From Tubiluchus corallicola (taxonomy: Eukaryota > Animalia > Priapulida): 64,000 nucleotides of DNA. Below are positions 39,333-53,437 of this stretch, in pieces. The stretch spans positions 1-64,000 of the forward strand of contig JAQGDQ010000420.1 of NCBI GenBank assembly GCA_030141605.1, written 5' to 3'. The notes under the pieces were generated by a model that was not told the DNA's origin, searched no databases, and saw only the letters and a list, made by a program, of their open reading frames with translations. A program made the translations under genes and the position numbers. Each line of letters starts with the position of its first letter. Within the stretch, counting starts at the first letter, position 1.

Positions 39333-39498
39333 ATGCTAGTATAAAATTTACAGAAATGTCAGTTTAAAGAGAGCCGTGTTGCAAATGAATTCCTAAACAT
39401 TACATAAGTTTGACGCTAGTATAAAATTTACAGAAACGTCAGTTTAAAGAAAGCTGTGTTGCAAATAAATTCCTAAACGTTACATGAGTTCGATGCTA
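39333..39498. repeat. 80-bp tandem duplication (intron 1)
   Basis: GCTAGTATAAAATTTACAGAAA at 39335 and 39415. Confidence 0.9.
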
Positions 39499-39657
39499 AA
39501 GTACAAGAAATAAAAGAAAATCAAATTATTAACTCAATTTAATTTTAATCTAAATGATAAACATTGGTTACAGTTTTAATCCAGAAAAACCTTATGATTG
39601 TTGCTACAAACTTGGAGTTAAAGTTTATCCTATATATCCTACGAAGTTAAAAATTAC

Positions 39658-40019
39658 CAATCTCCTTTCTTTAAAGAATCCACACTAACGCCAGCCTTGT
39701 CTATTAAAAATTTAACACAGTTTGTTCTGCAGTGCTGTGCGGCTTCATGGAGTGGTCGTTTGTCGTTAAAATTTGCAATGTCAAAGTCACCAATAGGTTC
39801 TTCTTGAAAGGAGGAATAAATGTTTCGTAAGACACCTATACTACCATTTTGAGCTGCAACGTGAATTACAGTATCGCCAGTTTTTGAATTAAGGCACAGT
39901 CTTCGCACATTTCCTACGTAATGTCCACTGTGGCAAGAGGCAGTAGAAAGCAGAGTCACTAAACCATCAACGTCATCTAACCGGACACATTTCATCACAT
40001 TAGGTCGATCCCTCATCAT
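39658..40019 (-). CDS. ANKRD16: ANKRD16 ortholog, coding exon 1
   Basis: ATG at 40019; ankyrin motifs GDTVIHVAAQNG and KRPLHEAAQ..VDSLKKGD(W); donor TG|gtaatt (phase 2). The joined CDS is 1128 nt (375 aa + stop) with consistent phases. A candidate acceptor (ttgtag, AG at 40033-40032) lies 12 nt upstream of the ATG. Confidence 0.92.
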
Positions 40020-42825
40020 ACCGAAATAGGCCTACAATAAAGTGTAAATTTTTAAATCGTAGTCATGGGGCCTAATTGAAATTACGATGTATAAAATAGA
40101 ATTATCCATATTTGGCATACAGCTATAACCATCTTTCAAACAATCATCATCTATTTTGTATATTTGTCCATTTTATTTATTTATTTATTTTAAATTTATT
40201 TCAGTACATAAAAAGTACCATAGAATAATAAACAAAGCATAGTTAAAATTCACAATTAAAAAATATTTCTACAAGACAAATAAATATTTACAAAAAGAAC
40301 AGAGAATTAGTATAGTAAGCTAAATTATGTAAAAAAAGGTTAGTAAGTGTATATTCCCAATATGGGCAAATATATTCGAAGTTAAAATGATATCAGTACT
40401 AAAATGAACAAAACTGCGTATGATTTCATTGCTTGAATTTAAAACTCCCTGACGAAGGCTAAAAGTTGTAAAAGTGTTTTTGCGTAAAATGAAGTTTAAA
40501 ATGATTACAGCCATTTTCTGCACATTTTGTGGCATTAACAGTAGTAGATAAAATTTACTGTTTCGCCTTATCAAATACATATCTTTATTTAAGCTGTTGT
40601 TAGCACTACAGTGTGACTATACACCATGGAATGTTAACGACAATAAGAATTATTAAAACTCGCAACTGTATTACGTTCAGAACCAGGGAGCTGCCATTTT
40701 GTTATTAAACTCCACAAAATACGGCGCGTTGTTAATATTACGCATTGCTTATGTTCACTTCAGTAACACTGTCATGATTAGATTGTTAATATTTTGTACA
40801 CTCATAGAAACCCCACATTTTTCCACAAAGTAATCGTAATAAAAATTGCGCAGTGTGCCTACTAGACGCAAGACGAACTCGTCTTTAAATTTTGTGTCTC
40901 CGTTACGTATTTTTGTCATTATAAAACTGCAGAAATTGTTGGTTTTTGTGGAGGAAAATAAAATAATTTTAATTGAGTAGTTGTTTGGTTTTGACCGAGC
41001 TTTGGCCCAAAGCATTTCATATGAAGTGCTTCTAATGTTGTTTAACCGGTTCAGTTCACTGCTTTCAATCAATATGGGTTGTTCCTATAATCCGGCAATG
41101 ATTTTAGTTTTAGAGATCTTGAAAACGAATAAAGATATATTATTTTTACATATACAAATGAACTATGAATGAATTTTTTATATTTAAATGAACTAGAATA
41201 TTTTTTTAATCCAGTTTAAAGTAAACAAAAAATAGTTACAGTTTTTTCAACCTGCAAGCAATGCAAAGCCATGCAGTCTATCACTGACATGTTTTTAAAG
41301 AGGCCATCTTCATGCATATATAAGTAGCAGTCATGTTTTTTTAAAAGCTGAATAAACGTGTCATGCAGCGCACAGTGCCCCATGTAACCACATCTCAGGC
41401 CGCCGTAACACAGCCTCGTACATACACATTCGGGATTTGCTTCTTTGAACTGTCTTGTCTTCCTATTATCACGATGGGACGTAACCATCCTAGCCAGAAT
41501 GGCCGCAAAACACTAACTTAATCAGAGGTCATTCACTCAGCTGCTACATGCAAAAACTTTCTGCTCTTTAAAAATGCTTTTGTTGTAATTATTGAAATCG
41601 TCTCAAAAGTCCGATTCCCAGACGTTTTCATTTTCAAAGAACTGTGCACGGAGAAAAATTGTAATATGCTTGATAAATATTATGTTTGAAAAATATCATA
41701 TTTTGATAATATCATAAAACAAGACTAATTGAATCCAGATCCAAATCTGCGAGTTTAACGCCCTGACCGTTTTACACCTCACTATACCTGACCGAGTGTG
41801 GTTAACTCATGGACATATTTGCAATTTATTATGCTCAGATGTGACTAAAATGTTACGACTTGAGAAACAAAGCCCTAATTTTCACGTTTTGACTCTTGTC
41901 TTAGACTTGCAAACAATACTAGTTTTTTTTTTATCTACACTATTATCTGAGCCTTTTCTCCACGTGTCTACCCTGCAAATTTCGCGACTCTATTTTTTAT
42001 ATAATTTTAGTCATTCAATGTTATGCATTTTTGTTCCTATCTCGGACCTTTAAAAAATCCCAGTTTTTTAAAACTCCAAGTAAACATGTACCACACAATG
42101 CATATTTGTGGAAAAAAATTGAATGACAGTCAAAAACTGGCCAGTGTTCAGTGTACTTGACCCTTTGACTGAGGTCAATGTTCACCACCATTTTCAATTC
42201 CATTACCCCTTATTTACCCAATAGGTTTCGTGTCTAGTCCTTTGCGTTTGTCAGTTCGCATGAATTAAAAAGTTGAAAACTGGATGTCCAGCATAATGAA
42301 ACGAAAAAAAAATCGGCGCATGGGTTCTCCTAGATGAATGATTGACGCTAGACGCTCGCGGATAATAACTTACTTAGTTACTACTGTGCAGGCGCATATA
42401 TTCTGCCTAGCTGCTTTGTGAAGCCAGATGCTTCAAACAATTGTCTGTGGTGGCAGTCGAAACATGTAAATGAAGAAGGTGTGCGAGAGCTGAAAACAGA
42501 TTAAACAGGCCTATAACCTTAGTTACGTGGAGTTGCATAAAGTAAACTTTTGCAAGTGATATTATAATTGCTTAGAAATCTATCGTTCTGTAAACATAAC
42601 ACTTTCCAGGTATTTTAGGTGTTCGTACGTCATTTCGCTAAATATTTGATTCAAAAATGAATGAAATACTGATACCAATTTACGATACAGTTTGAATTTT
42701 GTCATTGTTAGTAATCGCAATTAAATAAACGAGCTATTACCCGAATGTAAGCATTATCCAATCACCAGCGAATACGAAACCTAGGATGAAAAACAAGGTA
42801 AGAACTTGTCAACAAATATTTCGTT

Positions 42826-43420
42826 TATTCATTCATTCATTCATTCATTCATTCATTCATTCATTCATTCATTCATTCATTCATTCATTCATTCATTCAT
42901 ACATTCATTTTTTCATTCATTCATTCATTTATTTATTTGTTCATTCATTCATTCATTTGTTTATTTATTCATTCATTCATTAATTCATTTATTCACTCAT
43001 TCATTCATTCATTCAATCAGTCGGTCAATTATTTCTTCAGTTACAGATTACTAATTATTTCAGTTATTTTTTTCATTTACTCACTAATTTTATTAAATCA
43101 ATTAAACAGGCTGTCAGTCAGCTATCGATCATTTTGCATCAGCCATTTCTTCACTAGATTTTCACTCTTTTTTCATTCGTTCACCTCTCCTTTTTGGTTG
43201 TTGGTAATGTTCATCCTCCAATGTACATAGTCATTCATTTGTATAATCACTCATTCATCCTTTCATCCGTTTATCTAATCATTTATTTATCCTCTTATTC
43301 ATTCATTCAACCTTTCATGCATTCATTCAGTTATTTTTACCGTTTAGCCTCTTATTCATCCATTCAATCACATTTTCATTTACTAGTATTCGTTTTCATT
43401 TATATTTACTAGTTCATTTG
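42826..43420. repeat. (TTCA)n microsatellite with decayed extension
   Basis: Direct inspection. Confidence 0.92.
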
Positions 43421-43427
43421 TTTAGCC

Positions 43428-43786
43428 CAGTGATTCCCAACCCTTTTTGACCCGTTCCCCCCTTTTGAAGGCTGCTTATTCTCGTTCCCCCCTAGCCCAT
43501 ACTGATTGGTACTCATACTGAGAAAGAAAATGAAAATGAACCATAAGCCACTCAGTTATTAGAATAGTGAGTATATACATTTATCAAAAAACGCCGGGCA
43601 CAATCTAAACTAAGGAGCAAAACACGACCAAATTAATTTTTTCAGTAGTATGCTAGTAGTTTTTATCTGTAGTTTTTTCTCTGCTTTTCTACATATTTTT
43701 TATTTTTATTTTTCCACCCATTCGTTCCCCCCTAGAGGTGCCTCATCCCCCCAAAGGGGGAATTCCCCCCCGGTTGAGAACCCCTG
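43428..43786. mobile_element. hAT (Charlie-like) MITE with perfect 8-bp TSD
   Basis: TIRs CAGTGATTCCCAACC / GGTTGAGAACCCCTG; TSD GTTTAGCC at 43420-43427 and 43787-43794. Confidence 0.92.
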
Positions 43787-45360
43787 GTTTAGCCCGTCAT
43801 CCGATCGGCCAGTCAGTTCCACTCGCCCACATTCACACGCTCATCCGTTTGGTTGTCGAAAGCTTGTAACTTTACCAGATTTCACAGATATTAAAACGAG
43901 CAAAAGTGCGCAGCAATTTTTCCTCCCGAGATTCTCTTTTCACAGCAAATAACAGTATATTACAGTAATGGTACGAAGTTTCTCTTGGCGACAATCTTTT
44001 GATGTTCGAAATAGAAGTTATGCTACATAATTATTTATGAAGCATGGTCTGGGTGAATAGCTCATGCTTTTAATTCAGCAACATACTACTGCAATGTCAT
44101 GCAAGCTAGACACCAAATAAAAACTCCAGAGATTTTATCTCTTTATGGGGTGAGCCAAACATAGACAGCCGAAAATGTGTGCGTTCATTTTAGATATAAA
44201 CCAACTATATATATATATATATATATATATTATGTACTACCCAGGCTCTACGTTGTGACATTTTGCTGCACAAGTTTCACATGTTAACTGCTGGTGAAAT
44301 AAACTACGAATATTAATACTTTTAATATTAATATTAAAATAGGCATATGATTTCATAATACTCTGAAAACTATGCAAAATTATGAAAAAAGGGCCACGTG
44401 CAAGTATTTCAAAAGAGGCGCCCTCTTGTAAATCCTTTTGTGCTCTTAAATGTCATAATCGGGGATAAATCTAGAACCGTAAAGTAAGTTTGATTAGAAC
44501 AGTGACTAAAGCAAAACAGTCACTAATTTCGTAGCGAATAATTAATGATATGTGAACTTCCGTTTCTCCCAAGGTTGTTGCAGTTAATTGGTTAAGCCGT
44601 CAGTGTGATAAGTACTCATCATACACACAAGAGTTTCCAAGGCTTAATCACCTAACGGAAAAGCTTTACGCTTTACAAGCGACGATATTGAGAAAGACAC
44701 GTTTTCTCGTTAAAAACTTAGTTATTTTGTTGCTGCATTGCTTTTGTGTAGAAAGTAAATTAACGCAAGCACAACGTGGAATTCGTGCGCATTATTGATA
44801 TAACCAATCGCAGTTGACTGACCCAAAACTTCACGATAAGTTTTAACTTAGTTAAAACTATCTATTGTGTTGTTTCCGCAAAATCATTTGAGATTTTTTT
44901 CGCCCAAAAGTGCTGATAATTTTCCTTGAAACAGAGGTTTTAACCAAAAGTCTGACCAAATCAGTCTCTGTTAACTGGTATGCGGTCACATGGTGAGTTT
45001 TGGCCAGTTAGCAAGTGATTTGCCAGAAACACCCAACATTAGTCAACGTGTGTTTCAAAAGCTTCTGCTAATATTTATACATTATACATTAAGAAAAGTC
45101 ATAAAACTTCTCCTACGTCACGGGGCATTAAATAAGAGCTCTAAATAATTTCAAACTTCGAAGCCCAAAGGAAACTTGTTACAGTTTACTGTATTTCCAT
45201 GGTTGTCTTTGTTCCAAATGAATAGCTTATCAGCAATTGTTACTGAATGTGTTTTTCACGCTGAAAATGTAGTTTTTCCTGTAGACGTGTATAATATTTA
45301 GCTCGCTACAACTTATATTATTACTATTATTCGCTGCACGCGATGTTGCTGTTTAAGAGA

Positions 45361-45495
45361 TTGCTATGTTGCCTAATCTTTGCTATGTTGCCTAATCTTT
45401 GCTATGTTGCCTAATCTTTGCTATGTTGCCTAATCTTTGCTATGTTGCCTAATCTTTGCTATGTTGCCTAATCTTTGCTATGTTGCCTAATCTTT
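45361..45495. repeat. 19-bp minisatellite x7
   Basis: Perfect tandem TTGCTATGTTGCCTAATCT. Confidence 0.97.
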
Positions 45496-47650
45496 GGTAG
45501 CTAAGTTGCCTTGCTCGTGGGTTCATAGATTAAAACAAAGAATCGTGTCTTACTAGTTGTTTATATATTTGTTTGCTGAAACCTCTGTGCGTTCCTTCTG
45601 TCAGTTCCTACCTTCATTTGTCAATTAAGCTATCATCTGTCTCTTTGTTTGTTTGTTTGTACCTTTACTATTCCTCTTTATTTTTGTCTTCCTCTTCTTC
45701 TTTCTTTTTATATTTTTTTCTTTTTTTCGTTCTTTCTGTCTCTTCATTTTAATGTTTTTTCCTTTCTTCCCTTCTTTCTTCATTCTTTTCTTCCTTTCTA
45801 CCTTCCACTCCTTTCTTTTTTCTTCTTCATTCTTTCTTTTTCCCTTCCGACCGAGAGCAAATGTTATTGTTTATCATGTACATTTATGTACAATAATTAT
45901 AACTTATAATAATTGACTTGTGTCAGCCAGAAAATCATTAATACAAACCATTGTTATTATTTTTACTAGCTGCTCTCTGACATTAAATTTATCATCAGAA
46001 AACTCTCATAACAAAGATTTTATGTCTTGCTTGTTTCCAGGACAGAAATGTAAATAGAAAATACTGAGTGGCTGTCAAATGAGCGTCTAGTTTCAATTAT
46101 CGTCTGACATTTGGTAGTAATCTGAGGCGTTTTCGGATAATGAACTTAAAATCACCTTTCTGAAATACGTCGCGAAAATTGCGCTAGCAGAAAAGTTTCG
46201 GTGATTTGATTTACCTATTTTTTGCATAAACTAAGTTATGTTCAGCTTTATACGATTATGTACAGTGATCAATATGATTAATCGCCTTTTATACGGTTTG
46301 TTGGTTTTACTGGGGTAAGTGATTATTCATCGCGTGTGCTTAACAACTTAGTTAACAAGTTAAGCAACGCCCGTTCAGTGTGTCGCAAAGTTCGTCTCAT
46401 CATTACTTCGCGTTTAATTAACTTGACTTGTGAACATTACATTGTTTGTCTTTTTGCTCATCTCTTTTTCGTAATTTTTTTCATCTAATTCCTTCCTTTT
46501 TTAGGCTTGTTGTAACATTGAAATAGCTTAAATTTCCCTCTAATCTTACTGTACTTATTTGCTTCTGAATGACCTTTTACATTAATAGTGTTCTAGTTTT
46601 CTGTGTTTAAGCTGTGTAAGGCAGGACTACCTTGAACATTTACACCTGTGGGCTAGCCAGGCTAATTGTTCCGCTGTGGTTTAGTACAGTGGTATTTTAG
46701 TATTGATAATAATTATGTTATTTGATTCTGTGATTGTACCTGCTAGTATAGTTATTATAATATAATTCTTCGTGACTTGTTAATGATTGTGTTGTTTGAT
46801 TCTTTGATTATAAAAGCTAACAGGCTTAATAATTGTGGGCAAGCTTTAATTCGGTGCTTGCTCCCCCCTCCCCCCTATTTCATAGCCCACACAGTGATTC
46901 ACAAATAACGAGCTAAGTAACGGTCGCGTCACACTATGAACAGTTCAGTAGGCAGCCCCGTACGCAAGGTTGCGCATTACAGTACGCACGTACGTGCGTT
47001 GCACTTACTATAAACTGTAGAAAATAAGTTGTGATCATCGGAAATGAAACTAATTCTATAATACTCGTAATAGCCACTATATCACTTAAAAAGAGACTAA
47101 GTGGAGAAACGTGCGACTAAGAGACAAACTTTCGAGATGCACTAAGAAATAATCAGCAAGAAAATCCAAATAAAATCGTTAAAACCGTCGCCACGTCGCC
47201 ATTTTAATCCACTAGACACAGTGTTTTTATTTCCAGCATATAGACACATCCATAAACAAAGCTTTTAAAAGCATCGCTGAATTACAAATATGTAGTTGTA
47301 AAACAGCGTAGAACCATTTTTATGTCAACGAACATGAGAATTGTAGTGCCATTTCTTTGGGAGCATTTCTTTAGGAAGGTCCCAAGGTTTGCCGTGGTTT
47401 GGTGCATTATTCGACCTTTCCTATTTTGCGATAGAAATTTTTAGGCATACATTTAGCTACAATATGTATATAATTATTAAACTTAAAAATTCCTGGAATA
47501 AAAATAAACAATGGAAACGCATTACACAATTGGAAGACGTGGTTAGACGTGATCTTTTCTTAAATGGGAAAGTCTCATTTACCACAGAAGCATCTACGAT
47601 GTTATCAACCTTACAAAACACATCTTTCGTGCTTTTGTGTTATTCATGTA

Positions 47651-48080
47651 ACTATGGGGCGTATTAAGCAATAGCCTAACTAGACTATAGCCTTGGGCGC
47701 CAAAGTATGAGGGGCATCACATTTTAGAAAAAATTGTCCTCGGAAAATGTGTATACTTTCATATTTATGTAAAGGGCGCATTTCATAACACACCACAAGC
47801 AGTTACTGAAGAATTGCAGTTACAGTTACTGAGCTTTTATATAAATACTTCATAACGAACAGGTGCAGGGATATTTCACAACGAGCAGTTGTGCGGCTAC
47901 TTGAAAATAACCGCTATGCACAATTGCACATATATGTAATTAATGTTGACCACGTAGAAACTAGGTTAATAGTGTTCCTAATACACCACAAGTAATTACT
48001 TGATCTGCTCATTACATATACAATAATGGGCGGGACAAAACTATCAGCCTAGGATGTCGTAAAGTCTTGAGACGCCCCTG
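47651..48080. mobile_element. Degenerate hAT-like MITE
   Basis: GGGGCGTATTAAG ... CTTGAGACGCCCCTG, with flanks TTCATGTA / TTCATGTT as a possible TSD. Confidence 0.5.
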
Positions 48081-48728
48081 TTCATGTTCCCTTCATGGCT
48101 AGAGATCACATACAAACTAGCGAAACCACGAAGCACAGGCAATGGTGCCGATTTTAGAAATTTAGCTTCTTTTGCGCTGTAGTTTGTTCATAATTAAAGT
48201 TTTAATCGCTTGGCTAGGGTACCCAAATTCACTCATAGAAGCCCATTATTTTTAAAACTGCATTTGATCACCTCTAATTTCACATTAATATTTTTACATA
48301 AAATATAGTAGTTTTACATTATATTCAGATCAAATTTAAAACGAATCAAGTCTTTCTGCGAGTTCAGATCAAAATTAAAAATACATACATTAAATCGTTT
48401 TGAAAATCCTTCATACGTTAATGATAATATATATTCTATAGGTTAATGGCATGTATAGTCTATATCATAATTTACGTGTAATGTTGTAATATATATTTCT
48501 GTTTTAAATTTCTGTGCACAGTAGTTTTTAGTTTGCACGGGACGCATTTGCCTTTAACAGTTGTGTGAACTTTTATTCTCATGCTGCGATGTTCTTACAT
48601 GTTTTTATGCTTATGAATATCAGTTTGACAAATAAATATGTATACATATATTCGAATATACAAGTCGAATAAGTCGAATATGTGTGTGTGTTGTGTGTGT
48701 GTGTGTTCTTTATTTGCCAATCTGATAC

Positions 48729-48760
<32 letters not shown>

Positions 48761-49769
48761 GTATCAGTTTATTTATATATATATATTTATATATTCATGC
48801 AATTATTATGAAATTATGTAAATTGTAATCTATATTCTCGTGATTTGTTTTTGTTCTATGTACTGTGTTATTAGTTTTTGCATTTTACGGTACAGGAAGA
48901 CATTCAAAATGCACAATTTTGCAAGAATCAAGCAAGATTAACTTCCTCATGTTCTTGTACCACATATACTGTATCCTCGTTCCTCTACACAGAAATGTTT
49001 CACAAAATAGAACGGGAGAGAAAGACAGATACAGGTAAAAAGAAAGAAAAAGAAAGAGCGCAAAAGAGAAAGCAAGAGGAAACAGAAAAAGGCAGAGAAA
49101 AAGAAATGTAGAGAGAGAGAGAGAAAGAATGTTAGACGTTGCACGTGTACAACGTTAAATTCTAGTAGTCACTGTTGTTTCGTTAACTATTCACTATTCA
49201 TGTTCATATAGACGATTTCGTCAGTGCTTCAATGGACAGGACCAATTACGGAATGTCGCCGCATGTTCAGCGTTCATAGACAGCAAGACATATTTTATTA
49301 TGGTGACTCACGTAGCCTAGCCAGTCAATTTACCAGTCATGTAGTTATGAATGAAAAGAAGCAAATTTGAGAGTGAAAATGAGTTAACTGAAAATATAAG
49401 TGGAAATCATAGACAAAACTCGCAAAAGCTGCAAACGGCGTGCAAGTGGAATTCAAACTCGGCTTAATTGCAGTGAGAAATCATGCGAATTTTGATTCGT
49501 GGTTTGTGGTTGTGGTTTGCTCCTCAAGTCAAATATTAATCTCACACATCACGCTAAAACAGTTTTTAATAGCAAGGGCCGGCCGTGCAAAACAAAATCG
49601 CTGTGTTAAGAAGAATACTATAAGAGCTAACCGTCAGTTGATCAGTATGTGAGAAGATACTACATAGTGAACTCCTTTGCAGAAAATGATGGTGTCGTAT
49701 CTACATTTTGGTACAATCCTGTGAATGAATGCGATTTGTTATCTTTCGGGAAGTTTATCTTTGCAGTTT

Positions 49770-50428
49770 CGTAGCAGCAGTAGGTTATTAGTAGCAGTAG
49801 CAGTAGTAGTAGTAGCAGCAGTAGGAGCAGTAGAAGTAGCGGGAGTAGCAGCAGTAGTAGCAATAGTACTAATAGTAGCAGTAGCAGTAGCAGTAGCAGC
49901 AGTAGTAGTAGCGGGAGTAGTAGCAGTAGTAGCAATAGTACTAATAGTAGTAGTAGCAGTAGCAGTAGCTGCAGTAGTAGTAGCGGGAGTAGCAGCAGTA
50001 GTAGCAATAGTACTAATAGTAGCAGTAGCAGTAGCAGCAGTAGTAATAGCGGGAGTAGCAGCAGTAGCAGCAATAGTAGTAGTAGTAGCAGTAGCAGTAG
50101 CAGTAGCAGTAGCAGTAGCAGTAGCAGTAGCAGTAGCAGTAGCAGTAGCAGTAGCAGTAGCAGTAGCAGTAGCAGTAGCAGCAGCAGCAGCAGTAGTAGT
50201 AGTTGTAGCAGTAGTAGTAGCAGTAGCAGTAGTAGTAGCAGCAGTAGTAGTAGCGGGAGTAGCAGCAGAAGTAGCAATAGTACTAGTAGTAACAGTAGTA
50301 GTAGTAGTAGCAGTAGCAGTAGCAGTAGCAGTAGCAGTAGCAGTAGCAGTAGCAGTAGCAGTAGCAGTAGCAGTAGCAGTAGCAGTAGCAGCAGCAGTAG
50401 TAGTAGCGGGAGCAGCAGTAGTAGCAAT
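49770..50428. repeat. Compound (GTA/GCA)n satellite with ~70-bp higher-order units
   Basis: GTAGCA runs with the recurring marker GCGGGAGTAGCAGCAGTAGTAGCAATAGTACTAA. Confidence 0.95.
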
Positions 50429-51440
50429 AATACCAGTGGCGATAGTAGTGTTATTACAAATTGTAACTTTGTAATAAATTTTCACTTTTAACGATGAATG
50501 TGGCACAACCTTAAACACGCGGTTGTGACGTGTTAGGTAAAGTCGAATAATGCATAATCTGCTCCTTTGCATTTATACAAGCACCAGAATTCCGGTCTCC
50601 CAGTGACAGATTGGTTTCTTTTATAAGTTGAGCATCTTGTTCCATTTGAATATGTCGCTGATCCCAATCTGCACCGTCTGTCTTCGGTTACCAAATTCAC
50701 AATTGCTACATCTATAATATTATAGTCTGGGGGTTTGATCATAGAATCAAATTGTTGTGCAAAAAAGTTTTGCTGCCAAGTTGAATTACCGAGTTAGTTG
50801 ATATGGACTTGTTCAACACAGCTGCGATCCACACAATGTTTCCCAGTGTGATAACTTTTGATAGCTTTTTGTTCCTGAAAAGGCGCTTTCTCTTGACCTA
50901 TTGTTTTGCATCTTCACGGAAATATTCGCAAAATGCACGTTCTTGCTTTATTTCTCACTCTGGTCATTTGTTTGCGGAAGTACACTTGTAGCAATCCACT
51001 TTGTCTTTTTATGTGAACGCATTTAACATTGTTTATTGTCATTTTAACAAGGTATGACTGCAAGTTGACTGACATTACTCCATAGACGTTTTTCGCCAAA
51101 TTGGAGATTTTTATACTTTAAAGGAGTTAGACTATGTTTCGCGGAATTGCGCTGCAGTCTTAGTCTGCATATAACTGTGCTATGAAGGCCACATAGCGAC
51201 TAGATTGGTTTATCATTATCATAACAATGTATTAAAAAAGATACACCAAGACTAGGTGTTTCAAACTCATTGTGAAATTATTTGTAAAAGGCTATCAAAT
51301 GTCCTGATAGTTTCCATAAACTAAATTATACTCAGTAGTCAGTAATCGCAATTGGAGACACTTGGCTTGCCTGGTTATGCATCCAAATATGGTGTGAAGA
51401 ATAGCCTACAAAATTAAATAACAAGGAGTTAGGCACAATT

Positions 51441-51682
<242 letters not shown>

Positions 51683-52518
51683 TTATACGTTTTACAATTT
51701 GATATAATACATAGGAAAACTGCATACAGTTTATACAGTAGAGTAATGCAAAGCTCAAATCTTCTTATAAAGGCATTGAATAACAGTGACGCATTTTACT
51801 CTTCAGACATAAGAAACCAATGGAGGAAAGTATTAGGTAGAAATTATGGGTGACGATTCAGGCTGAAAGAATGATATTGTATATGTATATTAATTTTCAT
51901 ATATATTGTACTGCTATTTTATTTATTTATGTATTAATTTGTATATGTTGAGAGGAGGGGTTATAATTATTGTATGTCTTGTAAGTATTGTATGTTACGT
52001 ATTCTATGAACCTAGTTCGAAATAAAGAGTTAAATCAAAGCAAAATCAATCAATCTCTCTTTTTCTTTTCTCTCCCTCTTCTCTTTAACTCGTGCTCTCC
52101 TTCTCTAACTCCCTTCCTCCCCTTTTCTTGCGCTATGTCTCTCTCCCTTTTCTCTCGGCCTCTGTCACTCTCCCACACATACACCCTCGATTCTTTTTCA
52201 TTTCTTCTGTTGCATTTTTTGCATCATTTTTGCACAATCTTCCTTTTACACTTTTTTCTATTAGACCTACATATGTTCAACATTATGATATTTCGGGATT
52301 TTTTGACACTCGCACTTGCGGCCGAGTTACATCTGGAAAATTATCACGAGTGCAACAACTTATGGTGGAGACTGTGGTGTTCATATTCACTGCTTAAAAC
52401 ATTATTTCCATGCCTTTATGCAAAGCCAACAATTTTATAATGCATCAATTCAAAAAAGTACATTGAAGTAATTATAATCGTTTTATTAATCTAAGACTTT
52501 CAAAGTAAAATTCCATTT

Positions 52519-52612
52519 GACCAGGCGGTTTAGTATAGTGGTAATGCGTCTACTTTCCGTCTGGGAGGTCGTGAGTTCGAACCAGCGGCCGGGTCATACC
52601 AAAGACTTTAAA
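52519..52612 (+). mobile_element. tRNA-derived SINE head (3'-truncated), followed by (TTA)n
   Basis: A-box TAGTATAGTGG and B-box GTTCGAACC, then GGGTCATACCAAAGACTTTAAA, a motif I recall from MetaSINE-type elements. No complete acceptor stem. Confidence 0.7.
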
Positions 52613-52716
52613 TAAATATTATTATTATTATTATTATTATTGTTATTGTTATTATTATTATTATCCATTATCTAATTACATAATTTTACTTTCTACAGTG
52701 TTGAACGTAAAATTAA

Positions 52717-52945
52717 ATGGACCACGTACCAGATCGCATTTTCCTGTTACTAACAATGGAAACAACTGACACCGATGCAGTATGGAACGATACAGAATGC
52801 TATGATCTGAATTCTGGGAACAACACCACCAGGCCTAATTGCAGCTATGATTCCTATGACTACCTATATGACGATCCAATAACCGATAGTATACGAGCCG
52901 TGTTTATCATTTGCTTTTGCCTGGTATTCGTCTTTTGCTTTTTTG
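52717..52945 (+). CDS. TrissinR: Trissin-receptor-like class A GPCR, coding exon 1 (N-terminus and TM1)
   Basis: Acceptor ttttactttctacag ends at 52698; ATG at 52717; N-glycosylation sequons NDT, NNT, NTT, NCS; hydrophobic AVFIICFCLVFVFCFF. Donor G|GTAAG (phase 1) joins exon 2 to restore the TM1 GN motif. Confidence 0.88.
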
Positions 52946-53200
52946 GTAAGTAGGCCATTTTGAAATCAAAATTTTATTTTATTGGTCATAAGTGCTGCCT
53001 TTCAGTGCAAGTTACTGCACAAATTGCCTATTCGATGTGTACAAGAAGTCACTAGTCAGTTAAGTCATTTAATCAATCAGTCAGTAATACAATTTGTTCA
53101 GATAGGATATACATGTGTATATCATCAGGTGTCGGTTATGTATATATTTTGCAGATTCTGGCTACTGAATCATTACATACCACAAGGAATCATTGTCTTA

Positions 53201-53437
53201 AGTGGCGTTTACCAGACATACGGAACGCGGATGCGTTATGCGGATGCGTAATAGATAAAATCGGTTTATATTGTTTTCAATGCACCCGTTTATCTGACCT
53301 GCGTTATGTGTAATTTTTTCTGCAACTATATCCTATTGATTTTTTATACGCACCTATTCCGTAGGTGGTTAACGCATAACGCATTCCGGATGTCTAGTAA
53401 ACGTCATACTCATTCCGGATGACTGGTAAACGACAGT
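53201..53437. mobile_element. PIF/Harbinger-like MITE with TTA TSD
   Basis: TTA|AGTGGCGTTTACCAGACATACGGAA ... TTCCGGATGACTGGTAAACGACAGT|TTA; the right TIR is present twice in tandem. Confidence 0.7.

Noticed and set aside
45361-45495. Short perfect direct-repeat array (CRISPR or iteron-like)
   Set aside because: 19-bp units with no spacers; a simple minisatellite.
49660-50572. Ala/Thr-rich ORF resembling an antifreeze glycoprotein or mucin (49739..50572 -)
   Set aside because: Derived from the (GTA/GCA)n satellite; several frames are open simply because the repeat lacks stops, and there is no signal peptide or exon boundary.
52519-52600. tRNA gene
   Set aside because: A and B boxes are present but there is no proper acceptor stem, and it runs into a SINE-type body motif; called a SINE head instead.
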